DNA of 63,295 bases. Source: a virus. Its lineage: Duplodnaviria; Caudoviricetes. This document shows positions 1 to 8,239 of the stretch, in pieces. The number at the start of each line of letters is the position of its first letter. Position 1 is the stretch's first letter. A program made the translations under genes and the position numbers. The stretch covers positions 1 to 63,295 of IMG/VR virus record IMGVR_UViG_3300032050_008197. The stretch is one strand, 5' to 3'. The notes below the pieces were generated by a model that was given only the letters and a program-made list of their open reading frames with translations, searched no databases and was not told the origin of the DNA.

Positions 1-199
1 GAGATGCAGAGGTACGATATATCGCCTACAACCACTTCCTGCAGGGGTCCATGTTCCAAAGCGAAAGACACACAGTAGATGCTAATCCTTTCGTAGGAGA
101 AGCTAATCTAGGCTTTAGAGTAGGCTATGATAAGTTTAAGTTCTCCTATAACTATACAATGATTACGGATGAATGGAGCGATCAAGGTGGCCCATTCAT
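1..199. repeat. Terminal direct repeat, left copy (circular overlap)
   Basis: Matches 63097-63295. The first 127 nt are identical; mismatches at 128 (T/C), 173 (A/G) and 191 (C/T). Confidence 0.97.
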
Positions 200-227
200 G
201 TTTGGAGGGATTGATATCTCTTGGTAA
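1..227 (+). CDS. lpxR: 3' end of the LpxR-family gene wrapping the contig junction
   Basis: Reads ...DAEVRYIAYNHFLQGSMF...DQGGPFMFGGIDISW then TAA at 225-227. All 3 mismatches between the repeat copies are synonymous in this frame (TAT/TAC, GAA/GAG, GGC/GGT). Confidence 0.85.
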   Translation, partial: DAEVRYIAYNHFLQGSMFQSERHTVDANPFVGEANLGFRVGYDKFKFSYNYTMITDEWSDQGGPFMFGGIDISW

Positions 228-228
228 T

Positions 229-633
229 ATGCTAGCAATACAACCGGCTAAAGAAACAGTAGAAGAAACAGAATCCTTTATAAATGATTCAACATCTGAT
301 GAGGTAGGTATGAGATTTACTACAGAAATGAATAGCGTTTTTGATGACGTGCAATTTGAAGCAGTAGCTCCGGAGAGAGCGCTTCACCTAGCGATATTCA
401 TGAGATCCTTTCAAGACCTTTTAAGTACAGATAGGAATGAACGTAAGCTAGCTGTAGAATGGTTCTCTTACACCGGCCCTAAAGTAAATGAATTTATTAC
501 CTATCAAGAATGTAAGCAGATGTTTTCTTTAGGAGCTGCAAGGCTCAAAATAATAGAAGAATGTATAAAAGACCCTAATGCTATATACAGGGTAAGAGAG
601 TCTAAAGAATGCCGAGGTATGAGAAGGAGGTAA
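229..633 (+). CDS. Hypothetical phage protein (probable start ATG 229, MLAIQP..., not 169)
   Basis: ATG 1 nt after the lpxR stop; the stop abuts the convergent stop of the 1822-aa gene. Confidence 0.65.
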   Translation: MLAIQPAKETVEETESFINDSTSDEVGMRFTTEMNSVFDDVQFEAVAPERALHLAIFMRSFQDLLSTDRNERKLAVEWFSYTGPKVNEFITYQECKQMFSLGAARLKIIEECIKDPNAIYRVRESKECRGMRRR

Positions 634-3600
634 CTACTTAGCCTTCTTAGCTTCTGATTCTTTCCTAGCTTGCAACTTAGCTGCTGATCTAATCTTAGAC
701 ACCTCTCTGTGAATTAATTTCTGCCTCTCTTCATTGAATACACTATACTCAGGAGTCTGTCTTATACTATCTAGCATTGCTTTTATCGGAGGACCGGATA
801 GCTCCAGTACTCTCCGAGACTCTTCTGGAGTTAGTATGTTGGTGTAACCTCCCAACTCTTCTGATTCTGTTTTGTTTAACTTTATAGCATGTCCTGGTCT
901 TGTTATCTCATAGCCAGTCTCTGTCATCCAGAGAGCTACAGGATCTGTAGAAGAGTCTGCTAAGAACCTCCCTAAGCCGGCTTTGTTCATTACATCATAC
1001 TCTATAGGCTCTCCGAAGATATTTAGTTTGTACTCAGCTCCGGTTACCTCAGGACCAAAGGGGAGATTGCCTATCATCTTAGCTCTGAAGTTATTGTAAG
1101 TTTCTACAGGAGAACCGTTAATCCACTTCCCTAAGTTTCTAAGGAACCCTACTGAAGGAATGAAACCGGATGCTACGTTAGCTCCTTGCTGCCATCCCTG
1201 ATTCTCTAGACTAGCTGATACAGAAATACCTTCATCTGTTATTCCTCTTCCTACATCTTTGAAAAGATCTGCTAGGTCAGAGATGGACTTGATGAAGCTC
1301 AGATCTGTCATAGCTCCCATACTTCCCATGACAGCATTAGCTATAATCATATCTGTATCTTTACCTTGTTTATATCCATCTACAACTGCAGAAGCTATTA
1401 CAGGTAGAATAGCTAAAGGAGTGTTACCTAATTTTATGTATGACCCTCCAGATCCACCGACTCTTATTGAGTACTCTTTGTCATCATCAGTATCTCCGAA
1501 GAAGGTTATCCAAGGGTCCTCATCATCTGCTACAGCCATTCCCCAAGCGGTAAACAGTCCGGTTAGAGTGGTACCTACAATAGCTTTTCCTAAGAGCTGT
1601 CTGGCCTCTATGGAGTTGTCTACTGGAGCATCTGAGCTAGTGAGGAACTGTTCTTTTGTAGATCCCTGTCTTTTGCCTCCTTCTAAAGGAATATTAGGAT
1701 CTTTAAATTTAGTATAAGCAGCTCTGCCGGCTCCTACTATAGTATAGTTGAGCATATCATTAGCGACGTTTGCTCCAGTTCTTATGAAAGGAAGTACCAT
1801 CTTAAGAGGCTTAACTCTTCCACCAGCAAAGTTAAAACTAAGTTCTTCGATAGCATAGTTTAGTATGTCGTAACCTTTACCTAGCGCCCACTCAGGATCG
1901 TTTAGGTAAGTAGAAACTACGCTATGTCTATCTGCTACAGCTCTAAGAACTTCATCCTGCTTTATCTGCATCTGTTCATAGATCATTAGCTCTCTTTCAC
2001 TAGGACTGGTTTTAATGCCGGCTGTAGCTAGAGCTGCTATCTGAGCGTCTGTATCAGCAGTGATCTCTTCTAGATTCTTTTCAGTTCTATATAATTTGTT
2101 GTCTGCCCAGGCTAGTCTTTTATCTTTAGGAACACCGGCTTTCTTGGCGAGTACTGTAGATGCAAACTCTAGCTGTGCTTCACGGTTAGTTCTCACTGAG
2201 ATACTATCTGCAGCAGAGAGAAATCTGCTAGCCATTTCATTGATTATGTTGAAAGGATTCCAAGGTACATCAACCCCTCCTACTTTAACTTTTTGCAGAG
2301 ATTCAGGTTTAAAGTTACCGTCTTCTCCAAGAGATAACCTGCCGGCTCTTTCTCCTCTCACAATTAAGCCGGCTTCTTTCCATCCTAATCCTAACCCTCT
2401 AGCTCCTCCTCTTAGGAAAGGCATAGGATTCTGTCCTGTAGCTGCGATACCTGCTGCAGTACCGGCAAAGGAAGCTATATTGCCTATGGCATTATTAAGC
2501 TGAGTAGCCCATCCTGAGAGAGTATTCCTTCTCCAGAAGTTAAACAGATAATCTATCTTAGTATCATCACCGTCTTGGATGTACTTAGATTCTAAACCTA
2601 CTAAAGCTTGTGCAAGTTTCTGATAGTTAGTAGTTCCTTTTTCTGCTTGAGCTATGAGGTTACTCCAATTCTTCAGGTTAGCCTGATCCTCCGGAGTAAA
2701 GGCAGCATTAACTTCCTCTAGTTTTTTTATTATCTTAGTTAATTTATCTTTTTTATTAGTGCGATTTTCTTTAGCTTTTGTAAGCTGTGCATCTAACTCC
2801 GGAGGCACTGGAATGGATTCCTCTGCAGCTTCTCCTTCTTTAGCCTTACCTCTAGGTTTTCTAGGCTTAGTTACCTTCTCTATCTCAGCTTCTATCTCTG
2901 CAACTTGGTTATCAGCAGCTTCTACTTCTCTAGAAACATCATATATAGTTGTGTCTTCTCCGGTTTCTTTTTTAAACTCCTCATAAGCTTTCTGCTCCAG
3001 TTTAGTTTTTACTTGCCTGACACGAGTATCACCTACTGTTCTGCCGGCTGCTGCTTCTATGGCAGCTTCTGTTCTGAGCTGAAGACCTCCTCCGAATACA
3101 TTTCCTGGCTTTTCATTAATATCATAAGCTTCACTAAGCATATCTGTAGCAGCTACTCTATTTTTGAAATCCTCTAAAGGTATAGCTTCTTCTGTTGCTT
3201 TCCAGTGCTCTATTATAGCATTAGCTAGAGCCTGGTCTTCTTGGTTGAATCTATCTAGATTAGCAAGATAATCCATTACTTCATATGGACCTTTCTCTTG
3301 TATAGTTTGTCTAGCTACACTAGCCCCTTCTCTTACATCTTTAGGATAATAAGTTCTGAGAGGTATGATCTTACTTGTTCTAGTATTATCAGGATTATCT
3401 TCAAACTGTTCAGTGACTAGCTTTAATTCTAATGCTCTATCGGGGCCAGCTTTCTCTATTAGTTTTTGAACATACTTACTAACTTTCTGTCCTTCTCCAA
3501 TCTTCATAGCGCCGGCTGAGTCTGATACTTTACCTGGAGCAACGAAGAAAGGATCTTGATTAACCTTCCCTTGAGTAGTTCTTTCACTTACAAATACAGC

Positions 3601-6102
3601 TCCGTTTCCGTCAGAGGTTTCTTCTGTTTTTATTACTCTCTGACTAGGCTGCTTTTGATTAGGGTCAACAGTCAGGTCTTCTCTTATGGCGTTTAAGGAG
3701 TTGATTACAAGCTCTCCTTTCTTATTCACAGATAAGGTAATAGCTGCACCATCCGGAGAGCTACTTTCATTGTTAGTCAGCTTTGCTAACTGTGCCTGAA
3801 CTTCTGGAGTTACAAACTTTAGTGCTTTGAATGTCTGTAAAACTTTACCATCTTTAGTCTGGTAATGGAGATCTCCTTCTGATGATCTTACAATAGAGCC
3901 TCCATCGTCAAAGCTCATCATAGGAGCACTTGGACCTGCAAGCTCAACGCTCATCCTAGGTGCTGGAATAGATTCTTTAGCAGGGGGAGGAGAGCCTTCT
4001 AGTTGAGTGATTGAAGCTTGAAGGTTCTCAATGGAGTCAGGATTGAAGGCTATGTAGGTAGTAGCTAAAGGGCCTTCATCGTTCCATGCGGAATCTCTTA
4101 TATTATTTATTACTACACCGTCATGCCCATTATCTTTTGCAGTCTGTATTATCTGCATAACTCTATCAGGATCATAACTTCCTTTAGGCAGTAAAGCTCC
4201 TCCTTTACCGAAAGATTCCTCTGCACTAAAATCCTTAACTATATAAGGATTAGACATAGTGACTTTATACTTTTTAGCTCCGACTACTCTTCGAGATTCT
4301 GCTTTATTGAATAAATCGTCTCTTTCTTTTCCTTTAGCTTCTATCTCGCTAGCAACATCTTCTCCTTTGTTTGCCCTACGTGAAAGCTCCATATACTGAT
4401 CAGTTAATTTCTTATTTAGAATACTTTCTTCGTCGGTGAACATTGACCCATAAGACTCAGCATAGGAGTCTGCTATCTCTTTGTCGCTAGAGAAAAAGAA
4501 CCCTTCTTTAGCATTAGCAGATACAGAGTTACTGCCTTTTTTACTTTCATCAAATTTCTCGAACTCACTCTTACTCCCATGCCAGACTTCGTAAGTGAAC
4601 CCTTGCTTATCCTTGATAATCTCAGGAGCCGGTATATCTCCTCCCATGTTAGAGGCAGGTGTAGTATCTCCATTTAATTTTACGTATTCAGGCTTTCCGT
4701 TATGCGCTTCAAATACAATCCCGTCATAACCTTTCTCAGTAGCTGCAGTTATAAGCTGCTCCATAGATGCGCTACTATCTAAGCCTATATCTTTTTTAGC
4801 TTCTGCCCAATTCTTAGCCTTAAGAGGCTTACTGAATGTAAGGTCTTCTTGTATTACGCTTCCCCCTTCTCCGGCGTATGCTTGCGCTACGTCTTTATCT
4901 GGTGAGAAGAATTGTCCTCCTCCCATTCCTGGAGCACCAGGATCGCCTCCTCCTCTGAAAGCTGTGACTGTAAAAGGCTCCCCTCCTTGACTAGGAGCTG
5001 GTCCCTCTGGTGCCTTACTCCCAAACACCTCACCTACTCCAGAAGCAGCACCACCAACTACAAACCCTGCTACTAAAGATTGCCCGAATCCTTGAAAAAT
5101 GCTCTCATCTTTATCCTGCCCTATGTTCTCAGCTACGTTAGAAACTACCTGACCTACAGCTTCTGTGCTTCCTTCTAATGCAGCATTCCCTACAATCCTA
5201 GGAATCATTCTAGTGCCGAGTGTAGTGGTAGTTCTACCTGCTAGTTTAGCTGCAACACTGCCGAAGACTTTTGTACCTACTCCAGCTTGAACTGCTTGGT
5301 TTGCAGCTTCTATACTGCCGGCTGCTAGGGCCTCTCCTAAAGTACCTTCGTTCTCTAAGGAGTTCTCAACCTGCTTTCTAACAGCTCCAGCTCCTGAAGC
5401 TGCTAAATAAGCTCCAGTACCCCATCCTCCCGTAGCTACTCCAGCACCTATAGCTCCCACAGCAGAGCCGGCTCCAGAGGCTATAGCTGACCAGTAAGAA
5501 TCATCTGTAGCTGGATTAGTAGTTTCTAGGAAAAAGTCATTGACTGAATCAGCTCCTACTAAACTAGCTACTGGACCTACTAATCCTTGAGCAGCCCTCA
5601 GAGATAAATCCCTACCCCATTCTATGTAGCTATCTGGGTCTATGTAGTTCTCTTTTCCAAAAACTTCCCTTCTCTGGAGAGTTGCAGCATCTTTAATTCC
5701 TCTCGTTAACTGAGAGCCGGCTTGTAGGTAATTAAGGTCATTAGTCTCACTCAGTAACTTTATGTTCTCTTCTTCCCACTTGTTAATTCTTTCAATCTTT
5801 TGATCATAAGGATCGATAGCCTCTACAGTAATATCGTCCAGGTCTATCGGAGCATAAGTTAAAGCTTCATCAGGTTTATACGGCTGCGTATCCCCGAACT
5901 TTTTTCTTACGCTGTCACTTGTTTCTATGAATAAATTTCTTGCAGCAGGATTATTATCAAATCCGTAGTCATTATATAAATCCCGCAGTGCAGACAAGCC
6001 GGCGTCTTGAGTCTCAGCCATGCCTACTATCTCAGCAGCTACTCCTCCAAACTCTGCAGTTTCAGGACTGAGTTCTTCTTCATCAGAATCGAAAGGCCAC
6101 AT
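634..6102 (-). CDS. Large internal virion/ejection (polyvalent) protein with two tandem ADP-ribosyltransferase-like (ART-PolyVal-type) domains
   Basis: 1822 aa at the end of the virion operon. Gly/Ala-rich hydrophobic segment; domains AFRG...GQFFSPDKDVAQAYA...KPL...GYDGIVF and VWHGS...FD...GFFFSSDKEIADSYA...SNPY...GHDGVVINNIRD...YIAFNPDSI; helical C-terminal region typical of ejection proteins. Confidence 0.75.
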   Translation of the reverse strand: MWPFDSDEEELSPETAEFGGVAAEIVGMAETQDAGLSALRDLYNDYGFDNNPAARNLFIETSDSVRKKFGDTQPYKPDEALTYAPIDLDDITVEAIDPYDQKIERINKWEEENIKLLSETNDLNYLQAGSQLTRGIKDAATLQRREVFGKENYIDPDSYIEWGRDLSLRAAQGLVGPVASLVGADSVNDFFLETTNPATDDSYWSAIASGAGSAVGAIGAGVATGGWGTGAYLAASGAGAVRKQVENSLENEGTLGEALAAGSIEAANQAVQAGVGTKVFGSVAAKLAGRTTTTLGTRMIPRIVGNAALEGSTEAVGQVVSNVAENIGQDKDESIFQGFGQSLVAGFVVGGAASGVGEVFGSKAPEGPAPSQGGEPFTVTAFRGGGDPGAPGMGGGQFFSPDKDVAQAYAGEGGSVIQEDLTFSKPLKAKNWAEAKKDIGLDSSASMEQLITAATEKGYDGIVFEAHNGKPEYVKLNGDTTPASNMGGDIPAPEIIKDKQGFTYEVWHGSKSEFEKFDESKKGSNSVSANAKEGFFFSSDKEIADSYAESYGSMFTDEESILNKKLTDQYMELSRRANKGEDVASEIEAKGKERDDLFNKAESRRVVGAKKYKVTMSNPYIVKDFSAEESFGKGGALLPKGSYDPDRVMQIIQTAKDNGHDGVVINNIRDSAWNDEGPLATTYIAFNPDSIENLQASITQLEGSPPPAKESIPAPRMSVELAGPSAPMMSFDDGGSIVRSSEGDLHYQTKDGKVLQTFKALKFVTPEVQAQLAKLTNNESSSPDGAAITLSVNKKGELVINSLNAIREDLTVDPNQKQPSQRVIKTEETSDGNGAVFVSERTTQGKVNQDPFFVAPGKVSDSAGAMKIGEGQKVSKYVQKLIEKAGPDRALELKLVTEQFEDNPDNTRTSKIIPLRTYYPKDVREGASVARQTIQEKGPYEVMDYLANLDRFNQEDQALANAIIEHWKATEEAIPLEDFKNRVAATDMLSEAYDINEKPGNVFGGGLQLRTEAAIEAAAGRTVGDTRVRQVKTKLEQKAYEEFKKETGEDTTIYDVSREVEAADNQVAEIEAEIEKVTKPRKPRGKAKEGEAAEESIPVPPELDAQLTKAKENRTNKKDKLTKIIKKLEEVNAAFTPEDQANLKNWSNLIAQAEKGTTNYQKLAQALVGLESKYIQDGDDTKIDYLFNFWRRNTLSGWATQLNNAIGNIASFAGTAAGIAATGQNPMPFLRGGARGLGLGWKEAGLIVRGERAGRLSLGEDGNFKPESLQKVKVGGVDVPWNPFNIINEMASRFLSAADSISVRTNREAQLEFASTVLAKKAGVPKDKRLAWADNKLYRTEKNLEEITADTDAQIAALATAGIKTSPSERELMIYEQMQIKQDEVLRAVADRHSVVSTYLNDPEWALGKGYDILNYAIEELSFNFAGGRVKPLKMVLPFIRTGANVANDMLNYTIVGAGRAAYTKFKDPNIPLEGGKRQGSTKEQFLTSSDAPVDNSIEARQLLGKAIVGTTLTGLFTAWGMAVADDEDPWITFFGDTDDDKEYSIRVGGSGGSYIKLGNTPLAILPVIASAVVDGYKQGKDTDMIIANAVMGSMGAMTDLSFIKSISDLADLFKDVGRGITDEGISVSASLENQGWQQGANVASGFIPSVGFLRNLGKWINGSPVETYNNFRAKMIGNLPFGPEVTGAEYKLNIFGEPIEYDVMNKAGLGRFLADSSTDPVALWMTETGYEITRPGHAIKLNKTESEELGGYTNILTPEESRRVLELSGPPIKAMLDSIRQTPEYSVFNEERQKLIHREVSKIRSAAKLQARKESEAKKAK

Positions 6103-6104
6103 GT

Positions 6105-8237
6105 TTAAGCCTCACTTAGTTGTGCGTTATTAAATCCCCTAATAGGATTGCTAGGTACTCCGGTGTTACCGAAGCCTAAAACTCCTTGCTGCTTTAGTCT
6201 ATTAGCTATATCCATGTCTCCTTTGGTGTAAGCAAAAGCAGGGAAGTTAGCGATAACTTTTTCTGCATACTCTCTAGACTCTTTAGCTTTTCTCACAGGA
6301 TCTACTTTATCTCCCCACTTAATAGATAGCACAGCTGGCTCTATGAATTCTTTGACTACATTCCAGTCTGTTGTGCCGGCTAATTGTATAGCTCTAGCTA
6401 CTGTTCCTGGTCCTGCGTTGTACGCTGTTATAGCTAGCATAGGATTACCTTTGAAAGCTGGCACAGCCATCATCTTCTCTAAGTATATAGCTCCAGCAAC
6501 AGTAGAATCTATAGGATTACTTCTGTCTAACTTTCTTCCTGCATCCTTGGATACTTCTTTAGCTGTTGCCTCAGTAACCTGCATGAGCCCTCTCACTCCT
6601 GTAGGGCTTACTGCATTCTCTCTTCCTGCTGATTCTTGAACCATAACAGCTTTAGCTACAGCAGATAATCCTTCAGCATAAGGACTCTCAGCTACTCTAC
6701 GTATACCTTCTGTGTTTGGTTGCCATGCAACATTCACTGTAAATTCAGGAGGTATAAATGCACTTGTTACCTGCCTAGCTTGGTTAACAGGAGAGGGCAC
6801 AGAATCCGGATTAAAGGCTATGTTGGTCTTAGTTGCACCATCCATAGATTGATGTACTTTAAGTTTCTCTACTGCTTTGCTCTTCAGCATGTTCTGTTTT
6901 AACTGAGAAGCCTGTTGTTGAGGATTAGGAGTTAATACAGGAGCCGGTGTTGCGGGGCTGCTAAGAGGTTTCATAGTCGCTAGAGGAGAAGCTGTACCTG
7001 GAGCAGCAGTCCATCCTGGAGCTGCAGGTAATTGCGTTTCAGGTGCTTTTAGTAAGTTAGCTGGTGCTGGAGTAGCCACAGGTTCACGGTTCAAGTTAAC
7101 TGTGAAGTCATTAGACTTAGGAGTTTCTGTGTTTCCGGTAGCTAGTCTATCTCGGACAGGAGCTTTAGCTGCTTTAGGAATGACAGGAGATTCTGCCATC
7201 TTAGCTCCAGCATTAAATGCTTCTTGCTTAGTCTGGTATTCTGCTGCGTCTGTTTTATACTTCTCTGCTGCAGCAGCATCGTTTTTAGCTTTTATATCAG
7301 CTTCGTCTTGTCTTTGTTTCTGCAGAGTTCCTATACCATCAGAATCCTGATCTATTTTATTTACACTGATATAGTCTGCTTTTGTTTTATTAAATATGTT
7401 AACAGCTTCAGAAGACATCCCTCCAATACTTTGAGGTTGGTTATCATAATAAAGAACTTTTTTACGTTCTAGCTTTCCCAAAGCAGCCGGATTCTTAGCT
7501 GCTTCTTCTGGAGTTACTTCTATTCCCATGCCGTTTACAAGAACAGATCTTATCTCTCCTTTATCCAGTAACTGAGCAGAGCTTATGTTACCACCGATTT
7601 TACTTTTGATAATCCCTATCTCCGGATCATTATCCAAAGCTTTTAGATTCTCAGGGTAAGTTGTTAGAGCTGACTGCCTTCTTATCTCGCTAGCTTTTCT
7701 GTTTCTCTCTATTGTCTGCTGCTCTACGTAAAGATCAAAAGTCTGCTGATCCCAACTCTTAGCAGTATTCTGTATATAAAATTCCTTCTGCTGCGGAGTG
7801 AGGATACTATCATATTGGCCGGACATGAGAGCTTGTCCTTTAGCTACTCCGTCATCTCCGTCCATTATGGATATTAGTTCAGTCTTCTTTTTATTAACTA
7901 TAGCTTCCTGCTCTCTCTTAGCAGTCTCAGCTTTCATAGCTCCTAAGATAGAGTCTTGATACTCCTGTGGATTAGCTTGAATAACAGCAGCTTCTGCTTC
8001 AGCTTTTATGGCTTGAGCTTCTTTAACCCTAGTTTCGATAGGAGCTTGCTCTAGCGCTATCTCATTAGCCTCAATCTTTTGCTCGTTTAATTGGTACTGC
8101 TGAGAATCATCTAATCCTTGCGTGAATCCTCCAACGAAGGCAGCAAAAGGAGAAGGTACCTTAGCTCCGTCTTGAAAGCCTCTGCTTGCAGCATTCACAA
8201 ATAAATCTAGATCAATCGCTCTTGGAGTATACGCCAT
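6105..8237 (-). CDS. Internal virion protein with C-terminal lytic transglycosylase (SLT) domain
   Basis: SLT motifs AVMVQESAG, GVRGLMQV and AYNAGPG, joined by a Pro/Ala linker to a coiled-coil N-terminus. Confidence 0.85.
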   Translation of the reverse strand: MAYTPRAIDLDLFVNAASRGFQDGAKVPSPFAAFVGGFTQGLDDSQQYQLNEQKIEANEIALEQAPIETRVKEAQAIKAEAEAAVIQANPQEYQDSILGAMKAETAKREQEAIVNKKKTELISIMDGDDGVAKGQALMSGQYDSILTPQQKEFYIQNTAKSWDQQTFDLYVEQQTIERNRKASEIRRQSALTTYPENLKALDNDPEIGIIKSKIGGNISSAQLLDKGEIRSVLVNGMGIEVTPEEAAKNPAALGKLERKKVLYYDNQPQSIGGMSSEAVNIFNKTKADYISVNKIDQDSDGIGTLQKQRQDEADIKAKNDAAAAEKYKTDAAEYQTKQEAFNAGAKMAESPVIPKAAKAPVRDRLATGNTETPKSNDFTVNLNREPVATPAPANLLKAPETQLPAAPGWTAAPGTASPLATMKPLSSPATPAPVLTPNPQQQASQLKQNMLKSKAVEKLKVHQSMDGATKTNIAFNPDSVPSPVNQARQVTSAFIPPEFTVNVAWQPNTEGIRRVAESPYAEGLSAVAKAVMVQESAGRENAVSPTGVRGLMQVTEATAKEVSKDAGRKLDRSNPIDSTVAGAIYLEKMMAVPAFKGNPMLAITAYNAGPGTVARAIQLAGTTDWNVVKEFIEPAVLSIKWGDKVDPVRKAKESREYAEKVIANFPAFAYTKGDMDIANRLKQQGVLGFGNTGVPSNPIRGFNNAQLSEA

Positions 8238-8239
8238 GA

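Noticed and set aside
634-6102. Virion RNA polymerase
   Set aside because: No DxDGD/DFDxD or T7-type polymerase motifs were recognised; the promoters look sigma70-type.
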